From NCBI RefSeq assembly GCF_052168275.1, contig NZ_JBQLZM010000135.1:2509-66508 (forward strand): DNA of 64,000 nucleotides, read 5' to 3'. The first letter of the stretch is position 1; the number at the start of each line of letters is the position of its first letter. The translations under genes were made by a program, and so were the position numbers. The notes below the pieces were generated by a model. It saw nothing but the letters and a program-made list of their open reading frames with translations, was not told where the DNA came from and did not search any database. Positions 1 through 10,782 of this stretch are shown here, in pieces. The stretch comes from Parasphingopyxis sp. (GTDB taxonomy: Bacteria; Pseudomonadota; Alphaproteobacteria; Sphingomonadales; Sphingomonadaceae).

Positions 1-55
1 GAATGCCGGCTTGTGATGCCGGAGGTTGCGGGTTCAAGTCCCGTCGGTCGCCCCA
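1..55 (+). tRNA. tRNA-His(GTG), 5'-truncated by window edge
   Basis: Anticodon arm ccggc-TTGTGAT-gccgg, T-arm gcggg-TTCAAGT-cccgt, 3' acceptor strand ending C73-CCA at 52-55. Confidence 0.93.
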
Positions 56-104
56 TTTTTGCCGGGTACGGATCGTCCGATCGCCGGCTGTTCAGGAATT
101 TGCA

Positions 105-1154
105 ATGTCCGCGACCTGGGATCTTCCCGACTTTGACGACCATGAAGCCGTGCATCTCTTCCGGGATGTCGAGAGCGGCCTCAGTGCGATCATCGCGGTA
201 CACTCGACCCATCTGGGGCCGGCCGCCGGCGGCGTCCGCTTCTGGCACTATGCCGATTCGACGCGAGCGATCACCGACGCGCTTCGCCTGTCGCGCGGCA
301 TGAGCTTCAAGAATGCGATGGCCGGATTGCCGATGGGCGGCGGCAAGGCCGTTATCCTGGCCGATGAACAGCGGACGAAGACACCCAGGATGCTGCGCGC
401 GTTCGGCCGGGCCATCGACAGCCTCGGCGGCCGCTATGTCACAGCCGAAGATGTCGGCATGACCGATGACGACATGGTCGTGATCGGCAGCCAGACCGAT
501 CATGTTTCGGGACTGCCGGTGGAGAGCGGCGCGGCCGGCGGCGATCCCGGCCCCTATACCGCGCTCGGCGTTTTCCTCGGCGTGAAGGCGGCGGCGAAAC
601 GCGCACTCGGAACCGACAGCGTGAAGGGTGTCCATGTCGCGATCCAGGGAATCGGAAGCGTCGGCGGCGGGCTCGCGAAACTGCTTGCCGCCGAAGGTGC
701 CCGGCTGACTCTCGCCGACGTCGATGCGGAGCGCGCGCAGGCGCTTGCCGGGGAATATGGCGGCGAAGCCGTCGCGCCGGACGCGATTCTCGCCGTCGAA
801 GCCGATATCCTCAGCCCCTGCGCACTCGGCGCCATCCTCGACGAACGCAGCATCGCCGCGCTGCGCTGCTCGGCGGTGGCCGGCGGCGCGAACAACCAGC
901 TGGCGACGCCCGCCGACGGCCAGCGCATTCACGACCGCGGCATCCTCTTCGCGCCGGATTATGTGATCAACGCCGGCGGCATCATCAATGTCGGCCTCGA
1001 ATATCTGGGGCAGGGCGATCAGCGCGAAGTCGAGGCGCGAATCGCGAAGATTCCGGAGCGGCTCGAGCAGGTCTGGCAGGAAAGCGAAGAGACCGGCGAT
1101 CCCGCGGCCGATGTCGCCGACCGGATCGCCCGCCGCCTGATCGGCCGCGGCTAA
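105..1154 (+). CDS. ldh: Leu/Phe/Val (Glu/Leu/Phe/Val family) dehydrogenase
   Basis: IAVHSTHLGPAAGGVRF, MSFKNA, GGGKAVI, GxGxVG Rossmann motif, GGANNQL, PDYVINAGG; ATG at 105 after CAGGAA (track start lies inside the tRNA). Confidence 0.92.
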   Translation: MSATWDLPDFDDHEAVHLFRDVESGLSAIIAVHSTHLGPAAGGVRFWHYADSTRAITDALRLSRGMSFKNAMAGLPMGGGKAVILADEQRTKTPRMLRAFGRAIDSLGGRYVTAEDVGMTDDDMVVIGSQTDHVSGLPVESGAAGGDPGPYTALGVFLGVKAAAKRALGTDSVKGVHVAIQGIGSVGGGLAKLLAAEGARLTLADVDAERAQALAGEYGGEAVAPDAILAVEADILSPCALGAILDERSIAALRCSAVAGGANNQLATPADGQRIHDRGILFAPDYVINAGGIINVGLEYLGQGDQREVEARIAKIPERLEQVWQESEETGDPAADVADRIARRLIGRG

Positions 1155-2059
1155 ACGATAACCGGCCGCTGCGGCCGCGACCGCCTCCGTTCGCGATACA
1201 GCGTGTACAGGCCGCTGGCGATGATGATCGCGGCGCCGGTCCAGGTCGCGGCCGACGGAACGTCGGACCAGATCAGCCAGCCCAGCGCGACGGCCCAGAG
1301 CAGCTGCGTGTAATCGAACGGCGCGACGACGACGACGGGCGCAACCCGCAACGATGCCGTCAGCAGCAGCTGCGCCGCGCCGCCCAATATGGCGATCGCG
1401 ATCATGATCGCCCAGCCCGTCCAGTCGTGACCGGCGGCGAAGAAGGGGACGACGAACCCGGTGCCAACCGCCGATATCAGCGTGAACCAGAACACGGTGG
1501 TGATCGCGCGCTCCGTCCTGCTGATCTGGCGGATCGTGATGATCACGCAGGCGACGCCGAACGCCGATACCAGGGCGACGACGAGGCCGTCGAGCGGCAG
1601 GGCGAGATTCTGCGGCTGCATGATGACGAGCACGCCGACGAACCCCATCGCGACCGCGCTCCAGCGATGCCAGCCCACGGTCTCGAGCAGGAAGATCGCC
1701 GACAGGAGAGTCGCGAAAATCGGTGCGGCGAAGCTGATCGCGGTCGCTTCGGCGAGCGGCAGCAGGGTGATCGCCCAATAGCCGAAGCCCATCGCGACGA
1801 AGCCGATCAGCGCCCGCCAGAGATGGGCGAGCGGCCGTTTCGTCTTGACGACCTGCAAACCGCCCGGCCGGAGCGCGATCCACAGCAACAGCGGCGGCAG
1901 CGCGAAGGCGAATCGCCAGAAGATCATTTCGATCGGGTGCAGGCCGTGGTCGGATCCGATCTTCACCATCGCCGCCATGAACGCGAAAATGGTGGCCGCC
2001 GATACGCGCAACACGATGCCGGCGACGGGCCGTTGTTCGGGCGGCGAGAGATCGGTCAA
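1151..2059 (-). CDS. DMT/EamA family transporter
   Basis: About 10 hydrophobic helices, twofold EamA repeat, LPLAEATAISFAAP and VVAPFDYTQLLWA motifs. Confidence 0.9.
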   Translation of the reverse strand: MTDLSPPEQRPVAGIVLRVSAATIFAFMAAMVKIGSDHGLHPIEMIFWRFAFALPPLLLWIALRPGGLQVVKTKRPLAHLWRALIGFVAMGFGYWAITLLPLAEATAISFAAPIFATLLSAIFLLETVGWHRWSAVAMGFVGVLVIMQPQNLALPLDGLVVALVSAFGVACVIITIRQISRTERAITTVFWFTLISAVGTGFVVPFFAAGHDWTGWAIMIAIAILGGAAQLLLTASLRVAPVVVVAPFDYTQLLWAVALGWLIWSDVPSAATWTGAAIIIASGLYTLYRERRRSRPQRPVIV

Positions 2060-2162
2060 GGGCGGCGTGTGCCTCCGGGCGAAGGAATGTCGTCGGACGA
2101 AACGGATTTGCCGTCCTCTTATGCTTTTCCCCGGGCGGATGCTACGCTAAGAGACGCTGCCC

Positions 2163-2879
2163 ATGCACGTTTTCGCAAATCCGACCCGATTTCTGTCGAT
2201 CGCCCGGCCGCTGACCCCCTGGTTGTTCTGGGGCGGCCTGCTGACGACCGGCATCGCCTTCGCGATGGGCCTCTTCTTTTCGCCGCCCGATTATCTGCAG
2301 GGCGAGCTCGTCCGCATCATGTACGTCCATGTGCCGACCGCCTGGCTGGGTATGGCAGGCTGGACCGGCATCCTCCTCGCCAGCATCATGCAGCTCGTCT
2401 GGCGGCATCCGCTGGCCGGGATAGCGGCGCGCGCGATCGCCGCGCCCGGCGCGCTTTTCACCGCGCTCTGCCTGCTGACCGGATCGATCTGGGGCCGACC
2501 CGCCTGGGGAACCTGGTGGATCTGGGACGGGCGGCTGACCTCGATGCTGGTGCTGCTGTTCCTCTATTTCGGGTTCATGGCGCTCGCCGCCGCCAGCGAC
2601 GAACGGGCCAGCATCGGCCGGGTCGCGGCGATATTCGGCGTGATCGGCGCGATCAACCTGCCCATCATCCACTATTCGGTCACCTGGTGGAACTCGCTGC
2701 ATCAACCGCAGAGCCTCACGTTGAGCGGCTCGGCGATCGATAGCGCCATGCTATGGCCGCTGGGGATTGCGGTTCTGGGCTTCTCGATGCTCTTTGGCGC
2801 GATCACGTTGTTCCGGATGCGCGCGATCATCGCCGATATCCGGATCGAGGCGCGGTTGCGCCGTCTGGCACAAGGATAA
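2163..2879 (+). CDS. ccmC: Heme exporter protein CcmC
   Basis: IMYVHVP, tryptophan-rich WGRPAWGTWWIWDGRLT (WWD domain), WWNSLHQ; first gene of ccm cluster. Confidence 0.95.
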   Translation: MHVFANPTRFLSIARPLTPWLFWGGLLTTGIAFAMGLFFSPPDYLQGELVRIMYVHVPTAWLGMAGWTGILLASIMQLVWRHPLAGIAARAIAAPGALFTALCLLTGSIWGRPAWGTWWIWDGRLTSMLVLLFLYFGFMALAAASDERASIGRVAAIFGVIGAINLPIIHYSVTWWNSLHQPQSLTLSGSAIDSAMLWPLGIAVLGFSMLFGAITLFRMRAIIADIRIEARLRRLAQG

Positions 2880-2883
2880 CGGG

Positions 2884-3021
2884 ATGGAGCCGTGGCCGTT
2901 CATCATCGCCGCCTATGCGTGCACGATCGCGGGAACCGCTTTATTGGCGGTGTGGAGCTTCGCGCGCATGCGGGCGACGGAAAACCGTGCGGCAGCGCTG
3001 CGCGAGGGTGACGGGCGATGA
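2884..3021 (+). CDS. ccmD: Heme exporter protein CcmD (45 aa)
   Basis: MEPWPFIIAAYACTIAG..., single TM helix then basic tail; lies between ccmC and ccmE, stop overlaps ccmE ATG. Confidence 0.8.
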   Translation: MEPWPFIIAAYACTIAGTALLAVWSFARMRATENRAAALREGDGR

Positions 3022-3449
3022 AAGCGAAACATCAGCGGCTGACGCTCGCGATCATCGCCATCGTGGCGGTGATCGGCGCTGGATTCCTCGCGCTGTTCGG
3101 CCTGCGCGACAATGCCGCGCTGTTTCGAACCCCGGCCGAGATCGCCGCCGAACCGGTACCCGTGGGCCAGGCGTTCCGGCTCGGCGGGATGGTCGCGCAG
3201 GGGTCGATCGAGGAACTGCCGGACGGGGTGTCGATCCGCTTCCTCGTGCAGGATGCCGAAGCGCAGGTGCCCGTCGTCTATGCCGGGATTACACCGGACC
3301 TGTTCGCCGAGAATTCGGGCGTCGTGGCCGAAGGCGCGCTCGACGCCAACGGCGTATTCGTGGCCGACCATATCCTGGCGAAGCATGACGAGAATTACAT
3401 GCCGCCCGAACTGGCGGACGTGGAACTGGTCGGAGACCCGCGCCGGTGA
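3018..3449 (+). CDS. ccmE: Heme chaperone CcmE
   Basis: FRLGGMV, PDLFAENSGVVAEG, ILAKHDENYMPP (heme-binding His...Tyr). Confidence 0.96.
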   Translation: MKAKHQRLTLAIIAIVAVIGAGFLALFGLRDNAALFRTPAEIAAEPVPVGQAFRLGGMVAQGSIEELPDGVSIRFLVQDAEAQVPVVYAGITPDLFAENSGVVAEGALDANGVFVADHILAKHDENYMPPELADVELVGDPRR

Positions 3450-5371
3450 TCGCCGAGGCCGGTCTCGCCGCCCTGTGGCTCGCCGCCGCCCTGTGCGGCC
3501 TCCAGCTCGTGTTCGGCGTGATGGCGCTGCGATCCGATAGCAGTGGGGCGGTCAGCGCGATCCGGCCGGTCGCCATCGTCCAGGGGCTGCTGACCATGTT
3601 CTCCTTCGCGATGCTGGTCTGGCTGTTCATGCGCACGGACCTGTCGGTCGAGCTGGTCGCGGCGAACAGCCATTCGGCCAAGCCGTGGCTGTACAAATTT
3701 TCGGGAACCTGGGGCAATCACGAGGGATCGATGCTGCTCTGGGTCGCGATTCTCGCCCTGTCGGGATCGCTGGTCGCGATGTTCGAAAGCCGGCTCAAGG
3801 AAAGAACGCTGACCGCGACGCTGGCGGCGCAGGCCGCCATCGGCCTCGGCTTCTACGCCTTCCTGATCTTCGCCTCGAATCCCTTTGCGCGCCTCAGCCC
3901 GGCCGCGCCCGAGGGCAGGGGCCTCAACCCCTTGCTGCAGGATCCCGGTCTCGCCTTCCATCCGCCGACACTGTACGTCGGCTATGTCGGTCTTTCGATC
4001 GCCTTTTCCTTTGCCGTGGGTGCGCTGCTGACGCGCGATGTCGGGCCGACTTTCGCGCGCGCGATGCGGCCATGGGTGCTGGCTTCCTGGATATTCCTCA
4101 CGATCGGGATCGCGGCGGGCAGCTACTGGGCCTATTACGAACTGGGCTGGGGCGGCTGGTGGTTCTGGGATCCGGTGGAGAACGCCTCGCTGATGCCGTG
4201 GCTCGCCGCGACCGCATTGCTGCACTCGGTCACCGTGCTGGCGACGCGCGACGCGCTGCGCGCCTGGACGATCATGCTCGCGGTCGTGGCCTTCTCGATG
4301 TCGATGCTCGGCACCTTCCTCGTCCGGTCCGGCGTGCTGACCAGCGTCCACGCCTTTGCCGTCGACCCGCAGCGCGGGACGTTCATCCTCGGCCTGCTGA
4401 TCCTCTATATAGGCGGCGCTCTCGCGCTCTATGCCATGCGCGTCGGCACGGTACGGGAAGGCGCGCAGTTCGAGTTCATGAGCCGGGAGGGCGCGTTGGT
4501 CGCGAACAACCTCCTGCTCACGGCGATCCTCGGCATCGTCCTGATCGGGACGCTCTATCCGCTCGGCGTGGAAGCGGTGACCGGCGAGCAGCTTTCCGTC
4601 GGCCCGCCCTATTTCAACGCGACGGCCGGTCCACTGGCTTTGCTCTTGGTCGCCGCGATGGCGGTCGGGCCGCTGCTGCGCTGGCGGCGCGACCGCTGGC
4701 GCAACGTGATGGGCCGTATTTCGCTGCCGGTGCTGATCGCCGCGCTGGCGTTGATGGCGCTCGTCCTGCTGACCTCGCCCATCGGAATCCTGCCGATGCT
4801 CGGCCTGATCCTCGCGGCCGGCGTGGCGGCGGCGAGCATTGCGCCGCTCTGGAAGCGCAATCTGCGCCGGACGCCGCTATTCATCTACGGCATGGTCGTG
4901 GCTCATCTCGGTATCGCCGTCTCCATGGCCGGCATGGCCTTCGAAAGCGCGTTCAGCGAAGAGGTTCTGGTGGCCGCGACGCCGGGAGAGACCCATGAGG
5001 TCGGACCCTATTCGGTGACCTTTGACGGGACGCGGCCGGTCGCCGGGCCGAACTGGACGGCGGTCGAGGGCGGCCTGACCGTCCAGCGCGGCGATGGCGA
5101 AGCGTTCGTCCTGGCGCCGCAGTCCCGCATGTTCTCCTCGCCCCAGACCGAGACCAACGAGGCCGCTATCCGGACGGCGTGGAACGGGCAGTTGTACACC
5201 GTCATCGGCAGCAGCGACGGAGCGGGGCGCTCCCAGTTGCGCCTCTGGTGGAAACCGTTCGTGACCCTGATCTGGCTCGGGGCGCTCCTGATCGCGCTCG
5301 GCGGCCTGCTCTCGCTCATCGGCCGCGTCCGGCGCGAGCGACGGACCATGGAACGCGAGGCCTGGGCATGA
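3446..5371 (+). CDS. ccmF: Cytochrome c heme lyase subunit CcmF
   Basis: WGNHEGSMLLW, LQDPGLAFHPPTLY, WAYYELGWGGWWFWDPVENASLMPW; GTG start overlapping ccmE stop. Confidence 0.96.
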   Translation: MIAEAGLAALWLAAALCGLQLVFGVMALRSDSSGAVSAIRPVAIVQGLLTMFSFAMLVWLFMRTDLSVELVAANSHSAKPWLYKFSGTWGNHEGSMLLWVAILALSGSLVAMFESRLKERTLTATLAAQAAIGLGFYAFLIFASNPFARLSPAAPEGRGLNPLLQDPGLAFHPPTLYVGYVGLSIAFSFAVGALLTRDVGPTFARAMRPWVLASWIFLTIGIAAGSYWAYYELGWGGWWFWDPVENASLMPWLAATALLHSVTVLATRDALRAWTIMLAVVAFSMSMLGTFLVRSGVLTSVHAFAVDPQRGTFILGLLILYIGGALALYAMRVGTVREGAQFEFMSREGALVANNLLLTAILGIVLIGTLYPLGVEAVTGEQLSVGPPYFNATAGPLALLLVAAMAVGPLLRWRRDRWRNVMGRISLPVLIAALALMALVLLTSPIGILPMLGLILAAGVAAASIAPLWKRNLRRTPLFIYGMVVAHLGIAVSMAGMAFESAFSEEVLVAATPGETHEVGPYSVTFDGTRPVAGPNWTAVEGGLTVQRGDGEAFVLAPQSRMFSSPQTETNEAAIRTAWNGQLYTVIGSSDGAGRSQLRLWWKPFVTLIWLGALLIALGGLLSLIGRVRRERRTMEREAWA

Positions 5372-5946
5372 GTACCGATCCCGCCATCGAAAAGCAGACG
5401 GCTGCCATGAAGCGCTTCATCCTCTGGGTGCCGCTCGTCATCGCCGCGATCTTTTTCGGCTTTTTCGGCTACGCCCTCTATTTCGGGAACAGCTCGCCCC
5501 AGCAGCGGGCGATCGAATCGCAGCTGATCGGCCAACCGATGCCGGAATTCGCGCTCGAGCCGTCGCTGCCCGGCCGTCCGGGGCTCAGCAGCGCAGACCT
5601 CGCCACCGGCGAACCGCGGCTGCTGAATTTCTTCGCGAGCTGGTGCGTGCCTTGCATCGCCGAAGCGCCCCAGCTGATGCAGCTACGCGACGCGGGCGTT
5701 GCCATCGATGCCGTTGCGGTGCGGGACCGTCCCGAGGATGTCTATGCGTTTCTCCAGCGATGGGGCGATCCCTATGAGCGGATCGGCGCCGATACGCAGA
5801 GCGAGGCGCAGCTTGCCCTGGGATCATCCGGCGTGCCGGAAACCTTCGTCGTCGACGGCGATGGCGTGATCGTGCACCAGCATATCGGCGATATCCGCCC
5901 CGAGCATGTACCCGAGATACTCGCCGCGCTGGAGAATGCGCGATGA
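5368..5946 (+). CDS. ccmG: Thiol-disulfide oxidoreductase CcmG/DsbE
   Basis: N-terminal TM anchor, NFFASWCVPC, GVPETFVVD; ATG 5368 overlaps ccmF stop (alternative ATG 5407). Confidence 0.92.
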   Translation: MSTDPAIEKQTAAMKRFILWVPLVIAAIFFGFFGYALYFGNSSPQQRAIESQLIGQPMPEFALEPSLPGRPGLSSADLATGEPRLLNFFASWCVPCIAEAPQLMQLRDAGVAIDAVAVRDRPEDVYAFLQRWGDPYERIGADTQSEAQLALGSSGVPETFVVDGDGVIVHQHIGDIRPEHVPEILAALENAR

Positions 5947-6362
5947 GCCGCTGGCTCGCGATACTGCTGCTGGCCGTCGGGCTGAGCGGTCCCGTCCATG
6001 CGCAATCGCGAATGCCGGAAGCCGAATGGGCCAATCGCCAGCTTCCGGACGAGACCCAGGAAGCCGAAGCCAAGGAGTTGATGGAATCGCTGCGCTGTCT
6101 GGTATGTCAGGGCCAGTCGATCGCCGACAGCGACGCCGACATGGCGCAGGACATGCGCGCGCTCGTCCGCCGCCGCATCGCCGCGGGCGAGGAACCCGAG
6201 GAGATCCGGAACTGGCTGGTCGACCGCTATGGCCGCTGGATCACCTACGACCCCCCGATCGACAGCGTGACATGGCCGCTCTGGCTGCTGCCGATCGCGC
6301 TGCTCGGCGCGGGAATCTGGCTTGCGCGCGGTCGGTTCCGCCTGCCCGGCAAGGACAGCTGA
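5943..6362 (+). CDS. ccmH: Cytochrome c biogenesis protein CcmH/CycL
   Basis: Signal peptide, LRCLVCQGQSIADS, RYG...YDPP, C-terminal TM. Confidence 0.93.
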   Translation: MSRWLAILLLAVGLSGPVHAQSRMPEAEWANRQLPDETQEAEAKELMESLRCLVCQGQSIADSDADMAQDMRALVRRRIAAGEEPEEIRNWLVDRYGRWITYDPPIDSVTWPLWLLPIALLGAGIWLARGRFRLPGKDS

Positions 6363-7027
6363 TGGGCTGGTTCGCGGCGGTCGGCCTGATCGCGCTCATC
6401 CTGTTCTGGCTCTGGCGGCTCGCCGAGTTTCGGGGGCGGCGGCTCGAATGGCTGGGAGCGGCGCTGCTGATCGGCCTGGCCGGCTATGCGTGGCAGGGAA
6501 GTCCCGTCCTCGACGGGCGGCCGACCGAAAACCGTCTGGAACGGCCGCCCGAAGGCAGCACCGACATCAACGAGGCGTTTCTCGACAATCGCAACGCCTC
6601 GTCCGAACGCTGGATCGAGTTCGCCGAAGCGCTGAACCGGGTCGGCAATCACATGAACGCCGCCCACGCGATCCAGAACGGGATCGATAACGATCCCGGC
6701 AATCCCGATCTCTGGGTGGCACTCGGCAACGCGCTGCTGCTCCATGGGGAAGGGCAGATGAACCCGGCCGCGCAGCTCGCCTTCGAGCGGGCCGCGCAGC
6801 TCGCGCCCGAGCATCCCGGCCCGCCCTTCTTCCTCGGCCTCGCGCTGGCCCAGGCGGGCCGGCTCGACGATGCGGAGGCGACCTGGCGGGCGCTGCTCGA
6901 ACGCACGCCCGAGGACGCGCCCTATCGCGCGGATCTGGAAAGCCGGTTGGCAAGCATCGCCCGGGCGCAGGGACGGCCGGCCGAAATGCCAGCCGCACCC
7001 GCGCCCGAGGACGAATCAGGCGCCTAG
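6362..7027 (+). CDS. TPR cytochrome c biogenesis factor (CcmI/CycH-like)
   Basis: Two N-terminal TM segments (LAGYAWQGSP), TPR helices, PFFLGLALAQAG; last gene of ccm operon, TGATG coupling. Confidence 0.8.
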   Translation: MGWFAAVGLIALILFWLWRLAEFRGRRLEWLGAALLIGLAGYAWQGSPVLDGRPTENRLERPPEGSTDINEAFLDNRNASSERWIEFAEALNRVGNHMNAAHAIQNGIDNDPGNPDLWVALGNALLLHGEGQMNPAAQLAFERAAQLAPEHPGPPFFLGLALAQAGRLDDAEATWRALLERTPEDAPYRADLESRLASIARAQGRPAEMPAAPAPEDESGA

Positions 7028-8118
7028 TTGAACGGCAGGTCGAGCGCCTCGGCGACCGCTTCGTAGCGGATCTTGCCGTCCGAAACGTTGAGACCGGCCG
7101 CGAGATGCGGATTGTCCGCCATCGCCTTGTCCGGCCCCTTGTTCGCAAGCTGGATCACATAGGGCAGCGTCGCGTTGTTCAGCGCGAAGGTCGAGGTCCG
7201 CGCGACCGCGCCGGGCATGTTGGCGACGCAATAATGGATGACGCCCTCTTCCACATAGACCGGATGTTCGTGCGTCGTCGGCCGCGAGGTTTCGAAACAG
7301 CCGCCTTGGTCGATCGCGATATCGACCACGACCGAACCGCGCTTCATCGTCTTCAGCATGTCGCGGGTGATCAGTTTCGGCGCCGCACCGCCGGGGACCA
7401 GCACCGCGCCGACGACCAGATGCGCCGATCTGACCGCGGCCTCGATCGCCGCCTTGGAGGCGTAGGCCGTCTTGATCGTGTTGCCGAAATGGGTGTCGAG
7501 TTCGGCGAGCCGGTCGTTGCTGATATCGTAGATCGTCACGTCGGCGCGCAGGCCGACCGCCATCTGCGCCGCGTTGAGCCCGGCGACGCCGCCGCCGATG
7601 ATCACGACCTTGGCCGGCGCCACGCCCGGCACGCCGCCGAGTAGGATGCCGCGGCCGCCTTGCTCTTTTTCGAGATAATGCGCCCCGGCCTGGATCGACA
7701 TCCGGCCCGCCACTTCGCTCATCGGCTTGAGCAGCGGCAAGGAGCGGTTGGGCGAGGTCACCGTCTCATAGGCGATGCAGGTCGCCCCCGAGGCCATCAG
7801 CCCCTCGGTCTGGGGCTTGTCGGCGGCGAGATGGAGATAGGTGAAGAGGATGTGGCGCGATTCGAGCATCGCGACTTCCTGCGCCTGCGGTTCCTTGACC
7901 TTCACGATCATGTCCGAACCGGCGAACACCTCCGCCGCAGTGTCGACGATCGTCGCGCCGACCGCGCGATAATCGTCATCGTCGAAGTCGATGCCGCAAC
8001 CGGCCTTGGTTTCGACGGTCACCTCGTGACCGGCCTGGACGACATCGAAAACCGAGTCCGGGGTGAGTCCGACCCGATATTCGTGATTCTTGATTTCCTT
8101 GGGGATTCCGACGCGCAT
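7024..8118 (-). CDS. ald: Alanine dehydrogenase
   Basis: [63 protein letters not shown]. Confidence 0.97.
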   Translation of the reverse strand: MRVGIPKEIKNHEYRVGLTPDSVFDVVQAGHEVTVETKAGCGIDFDDDDYRAVGATIVDTAAEVFAGSDMIVKVKEPQAQEVAMLESRHILFTYLHLAADKPQTEGLMASGATCIAYETVTSPNRSLPLLKPMSEVAGRMSIQAGAHYLEKEQGGRGILLGGVPGVAPAKVVIIGGGVAGLNAAQMAVGLRADVTIYDISNDRLAELDTHFGNTIKTAYASKAAIEAAVRSAHLVVGAVLVPGGAAPKLITRDMLKTMKRGSVVVDIAIDQGGCFETSRPTTHEHPVYVEEGVIHYCVANMPGAVARTSTFALNNATLPYVIQLANKGPDKAMADNPHLAAGLNVSDGKIRYEAVAEALDLPFN

Positions 8119-8289
8119 CGACGCCTCCTGAGATTGCTGATCGCCGGCCTATAGCGACCCGCGTTAAGCTTGTCCTCCCATTGCGAACGGGCGAATCTCG
8201 TGATAGTGCGCGCGCTTTGCCGCACCCGGGCCAGACTGCCCGGCCAGCGAGGCTTACCCGGCATTCACAAGGGGCCGTGTCCGTAAAAA

Positions 8290-10194
8290 ATGGGCGATTC
8301 GAAAACTGCTCACCCTGTCTCCGGTCCGCCGACGCGCGACCAGGCGGTCATCAAGCTCGCGCTCGGTGCGATCGGCATCGTGTTCGGCGATATCGGAACG
8401 AGTCCGCTTTATGCGTTTCGCGAGGCGTTTACCGGCCATCACCCGCTCGCGCTCGATGCGCTGCATCTGTACGGCGTATTGAGCCTGATCTTCTGGGCCA
8501 TGATGCTCGTCGTCACGATCAAATATGTGGCGATCATCATGCGCGCGGACAATCGCGGGGAGGGGGGAAGCCTCGCGCTGCTGGCGCTGATGGGCGGCCG
8601 CAACTCCGGCAAGAAATGGAGCGCCGGGATCGTCATGCTCGGCGTGCTCGCCACCGCGCTGTTCTTCGGCGACTCGATGATCACCCCGGCGGTATCGGTG
8701 CTCGGCGCCGTCGAAGGGCTTGCCGTGGTCAATCCGTCGCTGAGCGGCTGGATCATACCGATCGCTGTCTTCATCCTTATCTTCCTGTTCCTTATCCAGC
8801 GGTCGGGAACCGCGCGGGTCGGCGCGTTTTTCGGGCCGATCATGCTGCTCTACTTCCTGACGATTTCGGTTCTCGGCATTCTCAGCATTGCGCAAAACCC
8901 CGAAATCCTCTGGGCCTTCAGCCCGCACTACGCGGTGCAATTCTTCATGATGGAACCGCTCAAGGCGTTTCTGGCGCTCGGCGCCGTCGTGCTCGCCGTG
9001 ACCGGCGCCGAAGCGCTCTATGCGGACATGGGCCATTTCGGCCGCAAGCCGATCGGCGTCTCCTGGCTCGTCTTCGTCCTTCCGGCGCTGATGCTCAACT
9101 ATATGGGGCAGGGCGCGCTGGCCCTGCGCGAGGGCGAGGCGATCATGGCCAACCCATTCTTCATGCTGGCGCCGGGCTGGTTCCAGCTGCCATTGCTGAT
9201 CATCGCCACGCTAGCGGCGATCATCGCCTGCCAGGCGGTGATTTCGGGCGCCTTCTCGGTGACGCAGCAGGCCATCCAGCTCGGCTTCATGCCGCGCCTC
9301 AGGATCAACCACACCAATGCCAAGACGATCGGCCAGATCTACATCCCGGTCGTCAACTGGGCGCTGATGATCATGGTCGTGCTGCTCGTGCTGACGTTCG
9401 GCAACGTATCGAACCTGACCGCCGCCTATGGCATCGCCGTGACCGGGGCGATGCTGATGGACACCTGTCTGCTCAGCGTCCTGCTCTTCAGCTTCTGGAA
9501 ATGGAACAAGCTCTGGGCCGGGTTGCTCGTCGGGCTGTTCTTCGTCGTCGACCTGCTGTTCTTCGCAGCCAATCTCACCAAGCTGACCGATGGCGGATGG
9601 GTGCCGCTGGCGATCAGCGGCTTCGCATTCATCCTGCTGACGAGCTGGGCCAAGGGGCGCTCGCTGCTCATCGCCCAGATGCGCGAAACCGCCATGCCGG
9701 TTCAGGTCTTCGTCAAATCCGCGGCAGGCGAAGCCACCCGCGTTCCCGGCACCGCCGTCTTCATGACGACCTCGCCCGAAGGCGTGCCCCATGCGCTGCT
9801 CCACAACCTCAAGCATAACAAGGTCCTGCACGAGCGGATCGTGCTTCTGACCGTCTCGATTCTCGACCGGCCGCACGTCGCCGAACAGGATCGCGTCAAA
9901 TCGGAGGATCTGGGTGCCGGCTTCTACCGGATCATCCTGCGCTACGGCTTCATGCAGGACACTAATGTGCCCAAGGCGCTCGAGAAGGTCACGACCTGCG
10001 GACCGCCGTTCCGCATGATCGAGACCAGTTTCTTCCTCGCCCGGCAGACGCTGCTGAGCTCGGAAAACCCGGGCATGGCCCCGTGGCGCGAGAAGCTGTT
10101 CGCCTGGATGCTGCGCAACGCGGAGACGGCGATGCAATTCTTCCGCCTGCCGCCGAACCGGGTGGTCGAACTCGGCAGCCAGGTCGAGATCTGA
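8290..10194 (+). CDS. kup: Potassium uptake transporter Kup
   Basis: [70 protein letters not shown]. Confidence 0.97.
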   Translation: MGDSKTAHPVSGPPTRDQAVIKLALGAIGIVFGDIGTSPLYAFREAFTGHHPLALDALHLYGVLSLIFWAMMLVVTIKYVAIIMRADNRGEGGSLALLALMGGRNSGKKWSAGIVMLGVLATALFFGDSMITPAVSVLGAVEGLAVVNPSLSGWIIPIAVFILIFLFLIQRSGTARVGAFFGPIMLLYFLTISVLGILSIAQNPEILWAFSPHYAVQFFMMEPLKAFLALGAVVLAVTGAEALYADMGHFGRKPIGVSWLVFVLPALMLNYMGQGALALREGEAIMANPFFMLAPGWFQLPLLIIATLAAIIACQAVISGAFSVTQQAIQLGFMPRLRINHTNAKTIGQIYIPVVNWALMIMVVLLVLTFGNVSNLTAAYGIAVTGAMLMDTCLLSVLLFSFWKWNKLWAGLLVGLFFVVDLLFFAANLTKLTDGGWVPLAISGFAFILLTSWAKGRSLLIAQMRETAMPVQVFVKSAAGEATRVPGTAVFMTTSPEGVPHALLHNLKHNKVLHERIVLLTVSILDRPHVAEQDRVKSEDLGAGFYRIILRYGFMQDTNVPKALEKVTTCGPPFRMIETSFFLARQTLLSSENPGMAPWREKLFAWMLRNAETAMQFFRLPPNRVVELGSQVEI

Positions 10195-10203
10195 AGCCTT
10201 TTC

Positions 10204-10782
10204 GTGCGCGCGGCCATCATTCTCGCGGCCGGGCGGTCCCGCCGCTTCGGAACCGCCAACAAGCTGTTGTCGCCGTATCGCGGCAGGCCGCTGCTGCGAT
10301 GGGCGATCGATGCGGCGCTGCGGGCGCCGGTCGGGCGCGTGCTTGTCGTCATCGGCGCCGACAGATTCCGCACTGCGCGCGTCGTGCATGCGGTTCGCAA
10401 CGACCGGGTATCGGCCGTCTTCGCGCCGGACCACCGGCGGGGCCGGCGGGCCAGCCTGTTGCGTGGACTGCGGTCGCTCCGCGCATCCGAGCGCCAAGCG
10501 CTTGTTTTCCTGGCCGATATGCCGCTCCGGGAATCCCGTCCCGCCGCCCGTCTGGCCAAGGCGCGCTCCCGCTGTCCGATCGCGGTCCGCGCCGCGCATC
10601 GCGGAAGGCCGGGCCATCCGGTGCTGATCCGCGACGTCGGAACGGTCGCCGACCGCCTCACGCGCGGACAGCCGCCCTTCCGCGCGAACGAGGTTGTCGG
10701 TGTCGAATCGGGGCGCGCGGCGATCGCCGATATCGATCGCCCTGCCGATCGACTCGCGAACGGCGGACGGCGCCGCCCATGA
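10204..10782 (+). CDS. MobA/MocA-like nucleotidyltransferase family protein
   Basis: ILAAGRSRRFG..NKLL, FLADMP, GHPVLI, DIDRPAD; GTG start; unusually Arg-rich. Confidence 0.75.
   Translation: MRAAIILAAGRSRRFGTANKLLSPYRGRPLLRWAIDAALRAPVGRVLVVIGADRFRTARVVHAVRNDRVSAVFAPDHRRGRRASLLRGLRSLRASERQALVFLADMPLRESRPAARLAKARSRCPIAVRAAHRGRPGHPVLIRDVGTVADRLTRGQPPFRANEVVGVESGRAAIADIDRPADRLANGGRRRP

Noticed and set aside
3-104. N-terminal extension of the 383-aa ORF
   Set aside because: It overlaps tRNA-His; the real ldh start is ATG 105 with an SD
2163-7027. Absence of ccmA/ccmB as a defect
   Set aside because: Split ccm loci are common in Alphaproteobacteria, and all genes present are intact
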